A stretch of 59,211 nt of DNA from a virus. Lineage: Duplodnaviria; Caudoviricetes. The translations under genes and the position numbers were made by a program. Below, piece after piece: positions 45,898 to 55,295 of this stretch (position 1 is the first letter of the stretch; every line of letters starts with the position of its first letter). The stretch is from positions 1-59,211 of the IMG/VR virus record IMGVR_UViG_3300042857_000012, one strand, 5' to 3'. The notes beneath the pieces were generated by a model. The model ran no database searches, was not told the DNA's origin, and saw only the letters and a list, made by a program, of their open reading frames with translations.

Positions 45898-46385
45898 CCG
45901 GCTACACCGCCAACACCTCCACCAACGCCCCGACCGGCCACCCCCGCGCGTTGTGCCGCGACTACCTCGACCTCCACTTCCCGGTCGGCGGCGGCCCCCA
46001 ACGCGACAAGCAAACCGCCGCGGCCAAAGCAGTGTGCCGACGCTGCCCGCTTACCACGGCGTGCCAGCGCTGGTCCCTGGACCACCGCGAGCCGTACGGG
46101 GTGTGGGGCGGCATATGCGAAGACGAACGCGGCGCCCTGACGCGACGGGACACCAGCCCTGCCCAAGCCGCCGAACTCCGCCGCCGCCACGCCGAACGAG
46201 ACACCAACACCGGCACCATCCGCCAGCTCGCCCGCAGCGGCCTCAACGACCAGGAGATCGCCGACGACCTCAACCGCGCCAACCCCGGCGCTAAGTGGTC
46301 CAGCGGCAGGGTGCAGGCGACCCGGTCCCGCAACGAGATCCCATCCGGGTACCACGTTCGGCAACGCACCCAGGGGGCGGCGTGA
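45894..46385 (+). CDS. WhiB-family regulator with C-terminal HTH
   Basis: ALC..HFP..AKAVCRRCP...C..YGVWGG..EDER; GLNDQEIADDL. Confidence 0.88.
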   Translation: MTGYTANTSTNAPTGHPRALCRDYLDLHFPVGGGPQRDKQTAAAKAVCRRCPLTTACQRWSLDHREPYGVWGGICEDERGALTRRDTSPAQAAELRRRHAERDTNTGTIRQLARSGLNDQEIADDLNRANPGAKWSSGRVQATRSRNEIPSGYHVRQRTQGAA

Positions 46386-47224
46386 AGCCCCCGATCCTGT
46401 ACTTCGGCGGGAAGATCACCCTCGGTCCCGCCATCGCCGCTCTGCTCCCTCCGCATGAGCACTACGTAGAGCCGTTCGCCGGGTCGCTCGCGGTGCTGCT
46501 GGCGAAGCTGCCCAGCCCGCACGAGACGGTCAACGACCTCGACGGCGCGGTGATGGCGTTCTGGCGGGTACTGCGGGACCAGCCGGAAGCGTTGGAACGG
46601 ATCTGCGCGCTGACCCCGCACTCCCGCGCCGAGTTCGCCGCCGCGCGGGACCTCGACGGCGCTCCGACCGACCTGGAGATGGCCCGCCGCGTCTGGGTGC
46701 TCCTCACCCAAGGCCGCGCCGCACGGCTGACCCGCACCGGGTGGCGGCACTACTGCGACCCGGTGCGGTCCAGCGTTGGCATGCCCGGCTACCTGGCCGG
46801 CTACGTGCAGCGGCTCGCGCCAGCAGCTGCTCGGCTGGCGAACGTCAGTCTGGAATGCCGTCCCGCGCTGGACCTGATCCGCAAGTACGGCTCCGTGCCC
46901 GAGGTGCTGTTGTACGTGGATCCGCCCTATCTCGGCAGCACTAGGGCGAACGACAGCGCCTACCGGGTCGAGATGCGCACCGAGGCCGAGCACCGCGAGT
47001 TGGCCGAGGCTCTGCACACGTGCCGCGCCACGGTCGTCCTGTCCGGCTACTCCAGTGCCCTGTACGACAGCGAGATGTACCCGGACTGGCACCGCCGCAC
47101 CTTCGACGCGAGCACCGGCCAGGGCGGCACCTGGGCCAACCGCACCGAAGTGCTGTGGAGCAACCGTCCCCTCGCCGACAACCAGCCGACCCTGTGGGAC
47201 CACACCGAGGAGGCATGCGGATGA
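46382..47224 (+). CDS. DNA adenine methyltransferase (D12/Dam class)
   Basis: YFGGK, YVEPFAGS, ETVNDLD, YVDPPY, VLSGY, TEVLWSN. Confidence 0.92.
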   Translation: MKPPILYFGGKITLGPAIAALLPPHEHYVEPFAGSLAVLLAKLPSPHETVNDLDGAVMAFWRVLRDQPEALERICALTPHSRAEFAAARDLDGAPTDLEMARRVWVLLTQGRAARLTRTGWRHYCDPVRSSVGMPGYLAGYVQRLAPAAARLANVSLECRPALDLIRKYGSVPEVLLYVDPPYLGSTRANDSAYRVEMRTEAEHRELAEALHTCRATVVLSGYSSALYDSEMYPDWHRRTFDASTGQGGTWANRTEVLWSNRPLADNQPTLWDHTEEACG

Positions 47225-47442
47225 CCCCGGATCTCCCTGTCCTGCGGGCGCTTCCACAGCCCGTACCCATGATCGAGGGGGGTAGGATGGCCGAGCCCGA
47301 AACTGGGCGGGGCCGCCGGTGTTGGAAGCACCGAACGGCCCCCGACCTCCACGCTCCGAATCAGCGGAAGGAGGCCGTGGTGTTGCATGCTCGCACACCG
47401 TCGGCTGCCCCATCACCCCGGCATATGGCCCGCCCAGCATGA
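47221..47442 (+). CDS. hypothetical protein
   Basis: ATGA overlaps at both ends. Confidence 0.4.
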   Translation: MTPDLPVLRALPQPVPMIEGGRMAEPETGRGRRCWKHRTAPDLHAPNQRKEAVVLHARTPSAAPSPRHMARPA

Positions 47443-47648
47443 CCGGCCGCGAAGCCCTCGCCGAAGCCGCCGCCGCAGAGACCGCCCGCGTCTACGGCGC
47501 CGTCTCCCGCGAATGGCACGGCGAGACCGAGGACACCCCGACCACCCACCTGATGCGACACGAACACGGCCGCCGACTGTGGGCGCTCGCCGCGGTCGTC
47601 GGGCAGGACTCCATCCCCGGCATCGATGACGAGCGGGCGGTGGCGTAG
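47439..47648 (+). CDS. hypothetical protein
   Basis: Coupled ORF abutting rep. Confidence 0.5.
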   Translation: MTGREALAEAAAAETARVYGAVSREWHGETEDTPTTHLMRHEHGRRLWALAAVVGQDSIPGIDDERAVA

Positions 47649-48602
47649 ATGCCCAAGGGCGAGATCCACGTCCAGCTGAGCGTCCACTACGCCGACGGCA
47701 GCCTCGCGGACGTGCACCCGCTCGCCCGACTGCTCTACGTGGATGCGCTGTGCAAGGCGAAGGAGACGCTCAATGACGGGACGTTCACCCGCGCGCAGCT
47801 CGCCAAGGTCGCGTACTGGGCGACACCGAAGCAACTGGACGCCTACCTGCGGGAACTAGTCGCAGAGCCGGCGGACGGCAAGGCGTCGCCGCTGACGAGG
47901 AACGACAACGGCACGTACACCGTCAGCGCGTGGCTTGCCCGTAATCCCAGCCGCGCGGATGTGGCGGCCCGTCGAACGGGCGACCGCGGCGAACGCAGCA
48001 CCAGCGGCGCGCGGGGTGCGCACGTCAAGAACCACGTGAATAGGGGGGTCCGGCGGCCGGAGAGTTGTCCCTTCTGCGCCACGGACGGGCCCGGCTCGGG
48101 TGTAGCTGATAGCCAGAGCAGCGTAGCTAATAGCCAGGCCCCGCCTAGCTCAGCCACTAGCTCAGCTAAAGCTACGAGTGGCACAGAGACAGAGACAGAG
48201 ACAGAGACAACAGCTACCTACGTACCAGCATCGGGGGCAGATCCGTACCAAGCGGCAGACGACCCCGGCGGAGCATCCGGGCCAGCCGAATCGCTCCTCG
48301 CCGAGCACGTCGCCATCGTCGGCAAGGTCAACCGCAACACCCTCAACGAGCTCGGCCAACAGATCGCTGACCTGCTGCGCCAGGAGTACACCCTCGATGA
48401 GATCCGGGCCGGTCTGGGCCTGTGGCGCAAGGGCTCCACCTGGCCGTCCCACCTGCCAGTGCAGGTTGATCGAGCACGTCAGGGCGGCCTTGCGGGTGGC
48501 TGGCAACCGATCAAGTCGGCAAACCCGAACCCGTACCTGGCCGACCTGCGCGACGCCTTGGGCGCGCCAAGCGCGATCGCGGCGCTCGGGGAGGCGGGAT
48601 GA
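47649..48602 (+). CDS. replication initiator (lambda O-like architecture)
   Basis: N-terminal ARLLYV..LC..DG..W..RNPS, H..RG..CPFC; low-complexity iteron linker with ETETETET; C-terminal helical domain. Confidence 0.7.
   Translation: MPKGEIHVQLSVHYADGSLADVHPLARLLYVDALCKAKETLNDGTFTRAQLAKVAYWATPKQLDAYLRELVAEPADGKASPLTRNDNGTYTVSAWLARNPSRADVAARRTGDRGERSTSGARGAHVKNHVNRGVRRPESCPFCATDGPGSGVADSQSSVANSQAPPSSATSSAKATSGTETETETETTATYVPASGADPYQAADDPGGASGPAESLLAEHVAIVGKVNRNTLNELGQQIADLLRQEYTLDEIRAGLGLWRKGSTWPSHLPVQVDRARQGGLAGGWQPIKSANPNPYLADLRDALGAPSAIAALGEAG
48102..48209 (+). repeat. putative replication origin iterons inside rep
   Basis: GTAGCTrATAGCCAG x2 (48102, 48123), CTAGCTCAGC x2 (48145, 48157), ACAGAG x4 (48183-48206). 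Confidence 0.65.
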
Positions 48603-49057
48603 CCCCCGAACAGACCGTCGCGCTGTTGGCGTACGCCTCGGCCATCGACGCGCGGATCCGGCGCAACGATCCGCAGGAGCGGCAACTCCAAGTCCGGGCG
48701 TGGCAGACGCAACTCGCGGCAGTCGACCCACAGGACGCCGCCGCCGCGGTCGACACGCACTACGCGCAGCCGAATGTCTCCGCAGCGATGCCTGGCGACA
48801 TCGCCGGCCGGGCACGAGCGATCCGGGCAGCCCGCCGCCGAGACAACCTGGAGCGCGCAGGCGACGCCGCGACCTTGCCGGTAGGCGTCGACCCCGACAA
48901 CGTGCCGGCGTACCTGGCCGCGCTGCGGGACGCCCGGGACCGGATCGCGGACGGCGAGGAGCCGCCGGCCTTGGATGTGACATCGCGGAGGAGCCTACGA
49001 CTGGACGGAGTGTTCCGTCAGGTGCCGCGTGTCAACGGGCGGGGCGGGGCGGCATGA
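48599..49057 (+). CDS. putative helicase loader/inhibitor-like protein
   Basis: MTPEQTVALLA..SAID.R..AW..L..A.AAV..HY..MPGDI directly after rep. Confidence 0.6.
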   Translation: MTPEQTVALLAYASAIDARIRRNDPQERQLQVRAWQTQLAAVDPQDAAAAVDTHYAQPNVSAAMPGDIAGRARAIRAARRRDNLERAGDAATLPVGVDPDNVPAYLAALRDARDRIADGEEPPALDVTSRRSLRLDGVFRQVPRVNGRGGAA

Positions 49058-49335
49058 GCGCCGCGCAGCCACTGGAGCCGTGGGAACACGACAACGCACA
49101 CCAGGCTCTGGACGGGTGGCTGTACGCGTGGCGGCAGCACCATCAGGACGGCAGCCACCCCCCGCTCGCGTTCCTACTTCACCTTGGCGCTGACGCGGTG
49201 GAACTGATGCAGGGCAGTACGCCGAAGGTCGAACTCGCCCGGCTGCTGTGGGCCTGCGCTGAGGACGGGGTCTGTATCCACGGTTACCGCTGGAACGAGC
49301 CGTTGCCTGACCCGACCGAGGGAGTGGCAGCGTGA
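49054..49335 (+). CDS. hypothetical protein
   Basis: ATGA overlap. Confidence 0.5.
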   Translation: MSAAQPLEPWEHDNAHQALDGWLYAWRQHHQDGSHPPLAFLLHLGADAVELMQGSTPKVELARLLWACAEDGVCIHGYRWNEPLPDPTEGVAA

Positions 49336-49381
49336 CCCGGCGAACTGACGATGGACACCTGAGCGTGAGGCAGGTGACGAC

Positions 49382-50557
49382 ATGAAAGATCGCGTCCTCC
49401 ATGTCCCGACCGGGACAATGTTGGAGTTCAGCCGGCCGGACTTCGGTGGGCCGGCAGCCGCCGCGGTGATCGAGGAGTGGGACAACCGGGCCGGGCCGGT
49501 ACGCGAGGGCGACTTCGTGTGTTGGTTCCACCGCGAGCACGAGCGGCCGGGCCTGTACCTCCAGCGCCGACGCGGCCAGCTCGTCGCCGCACACTGGGGC
49601 CACTCTGGACTGGCGGACACACACACGATCACGCACGGAATGACCGACGAACACCGCTACCAGACCGACTACATCCAACGCGCGGCCGAAGATGCGGGCT
49701 TCGCCACCGAGAAGGAGTACGTGCTCCCAGGCGTACGCCTGGATGCTGCAATCTTCACCGACTGGTCGGTCACCGGGATCGAAGTGCAGAGATCCAAAAT
49801 CACTGCCCGGACGGCCAGGAGCCGTACGACCAAGGCCGGGCGCAGCGGCGCGCTGTCGGTGTGGTTCAACGACCGTGACGACCGGGCACCGTGGTTCGGT
49901 CGCGTCCCGTCGATCGGCATGAACCGCAGGCCGTGGGACACGGTCCCGCCGCGGTACTCCGCGGTGGTGGGTAGCGGCACTGGCCACATCAAGGCAGTCC
50001 GATGCACGTCGAGCTCCGGCATCGTCTGCCGCGACCGCCGCACCGGCTGGTGCGGTGCATACCATCCGGTCCGCGAGCCGCTGCGCGGTCTGTTCGTGGA
50101 CAACATCGCCGAGATGGTCCCGTTGGGCCAGTTGGTGCCGATGCGGTTCCGGCTCGCCACCAAGCCCGACCCGGTGATCTATCTGGTTCCGCCGGACAGC
50201 CTGCGTCGGTATGAGGAGCTGACCTTCGAGGCGGCCGGGTTCGCTATCGCGCCACCTCCGCCGCTGACGGCCGGGCAGCGGGAGCGCATCACCTGCTCCG
50301 CTGACGCCGGCGTCAAGGTAGTCAGGCCGGACCTACCTGCCCGGGCGAAGCATCCGCGGGTGCAACTGTCGGGGTTGGCGAGGTTCGGGCTCGACGGCCT
50401 CGCCTGCCAGGAGCGCGCCCGGCTACCCCAGGATGACCCCCGCGGGCCGAGGCAGCGCGCCTGTTGCCGCTGTGGCCGGGTCACGGCCCGTATCGACGGT
50501 GAGGGTTTGGCGTGGTGTGGCGGCGAGTTTGCCCCTGATCCCGGAACAGCGACCTGA
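49382..50557 (+). CDS. CoiA-like PD-(D/E)xK nuclease
   Basis: MTDEH, E..L...RLD......GIEVQRS..I...RT. Confidence 0.6.
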   Translation: MKDRVLHVPTGTMLEFSRPDFGGPAAAAVIEEWDNRAGPVREGDFVCWFHREHERPGLYLQRRRGQLVAAHWGHSGLADTHTITHGMTDEHRYQTDYIQRAAEDAGFATEKEYVLPGVRLDAAIFTDWSVTGIEVQRSKITARTARSRTTKAGRSGALSVWFNDRDDRAPWFGRVPSIGMNRRPWDTVPPRYSAVVGSGTGHIKAVRCTSSSGIVCRDRRTGWCGAYHPVREPLRGLFVDNIAEMVPLGQLVPMRFRLATKPDPVIYLVPPDSLRRYEELTFEAAGFAIAPPPPLTAGQRERITCSADAGVKVVRPDLPARAKHPRVQLSGLARFGLDGLACQERARLPQDDPRGPRQRACCRCGRVTARIDGEGLAWCGGEFAPDPGTAT

Positions 50558-50681
50558 TGGGCGGACCTGGTGCGATACCCGGCGCCCCGCTCCCATCGGG
50601 CTACCCGGTGGACCGATGGTGGGAAGACGAAGGGGGAGAGGCAATGGCCGAGGACGAGGGCAGTAGCGAAGAGGCGGCGGC

Positions 50682-50891
50682 GTGAGCGACCTACCGGACG
50701 AGCTGTACTGCCAGTGCCCGGAACAGGAGACCGCGCGCTGCGACATGCCGGCGACCGCCGAGGACATGCGCTGCGACGTGTGCCGCGCCGGTTGTGGCGA
50801 CTACGGGACGCTGGCCGCCGAGGATCTGGAGTTCCATACGCCAGCGGACGGCACTGTGGACTGGGATGCGCTGGAGCGGGTCCGTGGCTGA
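50682..50891 (+). CDS. Cys-rich hypothetical protein
   Basis: CQC..C..ATAED.RCDVCR. Confidence 0.5.
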   Translation: MSDLPDELYCQCPEQETARCDMPATAEDMRCDVCRAGCGDYGTLAAEDLEFHTPADGTVDWDALERVRG

Positions 50892-51165
50892 GTTCAAGGT
50901 CCCGGAAGCCGCCGTGGACGCCGCTTGGCGAGCGGACATGCTACGACGGATGGACGGTCGCGGCCGGTACAGGCAAGTCCTTGAAGACGCTGCTCCGCAC
51001 ATCGCCGCTGCTGCTCTCCGGCAGGCCGCCGAGGACATGTGGAACCTGCCCCGCTCCGACGGCAGGCGACCCCTCGGGTACGTAGCGTGGCTGCGTGATC
51101 GGGCGGACCAGCTTGACGGCCGCCAACCGACCGAAGCGGACATGGCCGAGCGGGGGCCGGCATGA
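50884..51165 (+). CDS. hypothetical protein
   Basis: LEDAAPHIAAAALRQAA..WLRDRADQL. Confidence 0.55.
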   Translation: MAEFKVPEAAVDAAWRADMLRRMDGRGRYRQVLEDAAPHIAAAALRQAAEDMWNLPRSDGRRPLGYVAWLRDRADQLDGRQPTEADMAERGPA

Positions 51166-51473
51166 AGTGCGGCATGCGGTACGTACGTCCCGGCGGCGAG
51201 GAGCGCGGAGACCGGATCGTGCGGTGTACGAAGAGCGCTGGGCACGACGGCGACGGATGGCACGAGGAGACCGAGACGGGTAGCCGCTGGCCGGTGCGGT
51301 GGGATGCCTGTGTCCGGTGTGGTGACCCGATCCCACCGGACTGGACGCGCATGTGGGGGCCGGCCGGCTCGGCGCATGCCGACTGCGAGCACTACCGCTC
51401 CTGCGTCGCTGACGGATCGATTGTGCCGCCGGGAGCGAGGGTCGACGTGCCGCTGGAGGCGCCCGATGCCTGA
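51162..51473 (+). CDS. Cys/His hypothetical protein
   Basis: C..CT...GHDG..H; CVRC..H..C. Confidence 0.5.
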   Translation: MKCGMRYVRPGGEERGDRIVRCTKSAGHDGDGWHEETETGSRWPVRWDACVRCGDPIPPDWTRMWGPAGSAHADCEHYRSCVADGSIVPPGARVDVPLEAPDA

Positions 51474-51654
51474 GGACACGCTGACAGCCAGCGAGGCCGC
51501 CGCTGAGCGCCTGTACGCCGTCGCTGACGGCCTGCGGGACACCGAACGCTGGTGCACGGACCATCGGATCGACTTCGGGGCGTCGCCGGGTGTGGTGTTG
51601 GCGGCGGTCCGAGACGAGCTACAGCAGGCCGCGGCCGCGCTGGCGGTGTCCTGA
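51466..51654 (+). CDS. hypothetical protein
   Basis: GGAGG RBS; overlaps. Confidence 0.5.
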   Translation: MPEDTLTASEAAAERLYAVADGLRDTERWCTDHRIDFGASPGVVLAAVRDELQQAAAALAVS

Positions 51655-51917
51655 TGGGATACGGCTCCTACGTCCTGCCGGACGGTCGCGAGGCCGGCTA
51701 CCTCGTCGACGACGTCTGCAACGAGGCTGGCTGCGTCACGGAGATCGACCGGGGTCTGGGTTACCTGTGCGGCCAGACTCCGGGCGGCGATGAGCACGGC
51801 TGCGGCGGGTACTTCTGCTCGCCGCACCTGTTCCACGGCGGTCCCTGCCAGCTCTGCACGCGCTGTATCGCGGCTTGGGAGGCCACGCACCCTGAGGAGG
51901 CAGACGCCGATGCCTGA
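51654..51917 (+). CDS. Cys-rich phage protein
   Basis: AGY.V..VC...GC...IDRGLGYLCG..PGG.EHGCGGYFC..H. Confidence 0.65.
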   Translation: MGYGSYVLPDGREAGYLVDDVCNEAGCVTEIDRGLGYLCGQTPGGDEHGCGGYFCSPHLFHGGPCQLCTRCIAAWEATHPEEADADA

Positions 51918-52080
51918 GCAGGTGGTGACGGTCGCCGAGTTCCCGCACGGCCTGCGGTGCGCCCGCTGCCGCCGCCTGATCGCCCCGGGCCAGCTGTACG
52001 GGTCGACGCCGGTGGGGATGTCCGGTGCGGTGCCGGTGGAGGAACTGGTGTGCCCGGAGTGCGAGGTGTCGCATGGCTGA
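51910..52080 (+). CDS. small Zn-finger protein
   Basis: CARC...CPEC; GAGGAGG RBS. Confidence 0.5.
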   Translation: MPEQVVTVAEFPHGLRCARCRRLIAPGQLYGSTPVGMSGAVPVEELVCPECEVSHG

Positions 52081-52291
52081 GCCTCGCCGTCTGCGGGTGG
52101 GCAACCACCACGGCGTCAGCATCGTGGAGCACGTCGGTGACGCGGACCGGGGCGTGATGGTGGCCTCGATCACCGCCGCGCCGAAGCGGTCCTTCGAGGA
52201 CGCGCTCGGGTTGGCGCGGGAGATCTGCGACGCGGTGAACGCGGCCCGGGAGGCACGGGAGTTCCGGCAGGAGATCGGGGGGAAGCGGTGA
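52073..52291 (+). CDS. hypothetical protein
   Basis: Coupled ORF. Confidence 0.5.
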   Translation: MAEPRRLRVGNHHGVSIVEHVGDADRGVMVASITAAPKRSFEDALGLAREICDAVNAAREAREFRQEIGGKR

Positions 52292-52722
52292 ACGGTGAAG
52301 CGGTGGACGCCTGGGTGTCCAGCGTCGATGAGCTACTGGCCGGTCGGCGGGACGACGTGGAGGTGTCGGACGACGCGATGCGGTGGAGCCCAGAGGCGCC
52401 GGAAACTGGGCCGCTGCTACCCGCTGCCATGTGGGATGACTGCGTATGGCCGCCGCCGGGCCAGTGGCAGCCGACCGGCCTGCTGAATCGGTCGGACATC
52501 CATGTCGACCCTACGGTGATCGATCGATTGACGCGGACGTTCGCCATGAGCGTGGCCGAGGTGACGGGGACGGTGATACGAACGCTGGTGGCGTTCGAGC
52601 AGATTCCTGACGAGCTTGTGGAGGTGGACGACGCGGGTAACCGCATCCGCCGCGCGTTGGAGGCCCGCCGTAACCGGGACACCGGTCCACCTCGGCCGCC
52701 GCTGGGAAGGCGGGTCCGGTGA
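52288..52722 (+). CDS. hypothetical protein
   Basis: GTGA overlaps; DAMRW.P, RALEARRNRDTGP. Confidence 0.55.
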   Translation: MNGEAVDAWVSSVDELLAGRRDDVEVSDDAMRWSPEAPETGPLLPAAMWDDCVWPPPGQWQPTGLLNRSDIHVDPTVIDRLTRTFAMSVAEVTGTVIRTLVAFEQIPDELVEVDDAGNRIRRALEARRNRDTGPPRPPLGRRVR

Positions 52723-52937
52723 CCCCCCACGCCGAGACACCAGCCGGGGTTGCGCCATACCTGCCGCAGATGGCGTTCAACGGCCCGCTCTGCAACGGCT
52801 ACTCCGTGGAGGTCACCGCCGAGGGTGTAACCGTCTACTCCGAGTGCTGCGCCGACAGGATGAGCGTGGAGACCGCCCGCGCGCTGCATGAGGCGCTGGG
52901 CCGGTACCTCGCGGATCACCCGGGGGAGCGGCCATGA
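52719..52937 (+). CDS. hypothetical protein
   Basis: Coupled ORF. Confidence 0.5.
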   Translation: MTPHAETPAGVAPYLPQMAFNGPLCNGYSVEVTAEGVTVYSECCADRMSVETARALHEALGRYLADHPGERP

Positions 52938-53188
52938 CGGACACCCCGGCAGGCAACTGGGTCAGTGACCGGTCGGCAACCCCGGTCAACCGCTGCGTTC
53001 TCCCACCGGTTGGTGCGCACGGTTCGATCTGGCGTTGCGCCTGCCGCCGTCTGTGGCGGGTGGGCGAGGCCTGCGACTGGTGTGACGCGTACGGCGTCGG
53101 GACACACATCCGAGGGCAGTGCATGGTTGGCGCGAAGTGGCGGCCGGCGACGGCGTGGCAGCGGTTCCGGTACTGGAGGTCGCCATGA
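52934..53188 (+). CDS. Cys-rich hypothetical protein
   Basis: ATGA overlaps; C.LP..GSIWRC.C..W. Confidence 0.5.
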   Translation: MTDTPAGNWVSDRSATPVNRCVLPPVGAHGSIWRCACRRLWRVGEACDWCDAYGVGTHIRGQCMVGAKWRPATAWQRFRYWRSP

Positions 53189-54111
53189 CGGACACCCTGT
53201 GCGCGGTCTGCGGACGTCCCGTCGCCGATCAGGCATACCTGTGTGATCGGGAGACCCGGATGCTCGCCGTCGACCTCGCCGAAGTCCCCGGCCTGGAGCC
53301 GGAGCTGGAGGTGACCCTGTCCCGGCAGGACCGGGTGGGTGAGTCCGGCGGTGGTGGAGTGACGAAGCGCTCGGAGGAGCCGCTGCCGTTCTCGGCGGTC
53401 GCCAGCGAGGCCGGGTACGTCCTGACCAACACCCTGACGACCTGGGCACGCCACGTGGCGGGGGAACGTGGAGGCCCGGGTCCGGGTGAAGGTCCGATCG
53501 GCCCGCGATGCGCCTTCGCGTGTTCGCACGTGTCGTGTGCCGCGATCCTGGCCGCCGCTGAGGCCGTACGTGCGCCTGCCGCGACAACAGCGGCCCGGTG
53601 GCTCCTGGGACCGGGTAGGCACCTGGAATGGCTCAGGCACCGCCCAGAGGCCGAGCAGGCGTATGGCGAGATCACTTCAGCGGTGGGCATGGTGCGGCTG
53701 GTCATCGACCGGCACGGATCCCGCATGTACGCCGGCCCGTGCACCACCCCGGACGCTGACGGCGTGCCGTGCGCGGCGGACTTGGAGACCCGACCCGGCG
53801 CGCGGCTGATCCGCTGCCGGGCGTGCGGGGCCGAGCACGACGCGCAGCACCGCCGGGACTGGCTCCTCCAGTCCGCCGAGCGGCAACTGCTGACCGCTAC
53901 CGAACTGTCCCGGGCGTTGCCGCTGTTGCTGGGTCGGGAGCTGAACGTGAACACGATCCGGACGTGGGCGAACCCACCGAATCAGCGGCTCGTCGCCCAC
54001 GGCACCACGCAGGAGGGCTGGCCGCTGTATCAGGTCGGTGAGGTGATCACGCTGGCGCTCGCCACGCCGACACGGCGCAGAAGTGGACACGGAGAGCCAC
54101 GGAGCGCCTAG
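53185..54111 (+). CDS. Zn-binding protein with C-terminal HTH (candidate late regulator)
   Basis: CAVC..LC; AGPC..C..L..CRACG; LTATELSRAL..NTIRTWA..LYQVGEV; last gene of the early arm. Confidence 0.65.
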   Translation: MTDTLCAVCGRPVADQAYLCDRETRMLAVDLAEVPGLEPELEVTLSRQDRVGESGGGGVTKRSEEPLPFSAVASEAGYVLTNTLTTWARHVAGERGGPGPGEGPIGPRCAFACSHVSCAAILAAAEAVRAPAATTAARWLLGPGRHLEWLRHRPEAEQAYGEITSAVGMVRLVIDRHGSRMYAGPCTTPDADGVPCAADLETRPGARLIRCRACGAEHDAQHRRDWLLQSAERQLLTATELSRALPLLLGRELNVNTIRTWANPPNQRLVAHGTTQEGWPLYQVGEVITLALATPTRRRSGHGEPRSA

Positions 54112-54209
54112 AATGCGGCAACGCAGGTGGACGAGCTATGCCTGCCCGAGCCCCGCAGCCTTTGACCCGCTGTGGGGCTTCCTGCTGTACACCCCCCTCC
54201 CAGGGACCT

Positions 54210-54247
54210 GGCGGCCCCGGCACTTCCCCCGTGGTGTCGGGGCCGCC
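54210..54247. terminator. hairpin between convergent genes
   Basis: ggcggccccggcac / gtgtcggggccgcc 14-bp stem. Confidence 0.6.
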
Positions 54248-54249
54248 GG

Positions 54250-54546
54250 CTACGAACTCGCGGAAGCTGCGGCGGCTCGCCGTTGGGCGACATGCTCACG
54301 CTTGGTCGCGCAGGGCCAGTCTTCGCGGCACACGGCGCAGGTGAGCACCGGGCAGCCGTTGTCGCAGCAGTCGGGGTCGTCGCACAGGTAGTAGCGGTTC
54401 GGGTGGTGCGGCTCACCTTCCGGCCGGTCCAGGTGTTCCTGATTGCGCCATCCGCAGCGTGCGCACGGCGCGGAGGCGAACCCGGGCTGGCGCATCGCCC
54501 ACGGCACAGGGCGGAATCCGCAGGGCCAGTCGTGCTTCTCGCTCAC
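54250..54546 (-). CDS. Cys-rich hypothetical protein
   Basis: GGAGG RBS; CARCG..H; H.N..C..C..CAVC.EDWPC. Confidence 0.55.
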   Translation of the reverse strand: MSEKHDWPCGFRPVPWAMRQPGFASAPCARCGWRNQEHLDRPEGEPHHPNRYYLCDDPDCCDNGCPVLTCAVCREDWPCATKREHVAQRRAAAASASS

Positions 54547-54564
54547 GGCTTCCTCCGTAGGTAG

Positions 54565-54999
54565 TCAGGCAGGCGAAGAGGGACTGGGCTCGACGGCGAG
54601 CATCTCCCGTTCGCGGTACTCGTCGTATACGGTCCTGCCGTCATCCACCAGCAGGTACGGCAGCATCACCTGATCCAACGCGGCCGCGGCGGCCTCAATC
54701 AGTGCCAGTTGAGCGTCCAGCCAGTCCCGGACGATCCGCCACGCCACGCGCGCAGCCTGCTCCGGCGTCACCTTCCCGTTGACCCCCTGCGCGAGTTTCC
54801 GGGCGACCCCCGCAACCTCAACAGGTAGGTCGTAGGCGCGGCGTCCGTACGGAGTGTCGAGCGCGAACGATAGGCCGACGGGCAGGCCACCGGCGTAGTT
54901 AACGGCGACCCGGCTGGCGCCATGCTTGGCGAGCATCGCTTGCACCTCGGCCACGGTCCGAACTACCGGGACGGACGTGGTGTAGTTCTTGATCGGCAT
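54565..54999 (-). CDS. phage hypothetical protein
   Basis: IKNYTT.V...RTV.E.Q.ML.KHGA..QAARVAWRIVRDWLDAQLALIE..QVMLPYL. Confidence 0.75.
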   Translation of the reverse strand: MPIKNYTTSVPVVRTVAEVQAMLAKHGASRVAVNYAGGLPVGLSFALDTPYGRRAYDLPVEVAGVARKLAQGVNGKVTPEQAARVAWRIVRDWLDAQLALIEAAAAALDQVMLPYLLVDDGRTVYDEYREREMLAVEPSPSSPA

Positions 55000-55036
55000 T
55001 AGCCGCACCCCTCAACCTCGGACGTCAGGCCTTCGC

Positions 55037-55219
55037 TCATGGGGTGTTCCTCTCTCGGTATTCCTCCAGTGCGATCCGCATGTCGTCGGCGCGGGTGTAG
55101 CGGCGGCCAAGGTGCTGCTCACGCCTGATGGCGTGCTGGCTGTACCAGTCGAGCAGTTCCGGCGGCAGGTCCAGGCTCACCACGTTGCGCTTGCGCTGGG
55201 TGGGGTTGTCTGGCGGCAT
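55037..55219 (-). CDS. ribbon-helix-helix DNA-binding protein
   Basis: VVSLDLPPELLDW..TRADDMRIALEEY. Confidence 0.65.
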   Translation of the reverse strand: MPPDNPTQRKRNVVSLDLPPELLDWYSQHAIRREQHLGRRYTRADDMRIALEEYRERNTP

Positions 55220-55295
55220 GGGTAGAGCGTAGCGCTAACCCCCGACCTGGCGCTACCAACACGCCGGCAATGCACTACATCGGGTGGAGGTGGCT

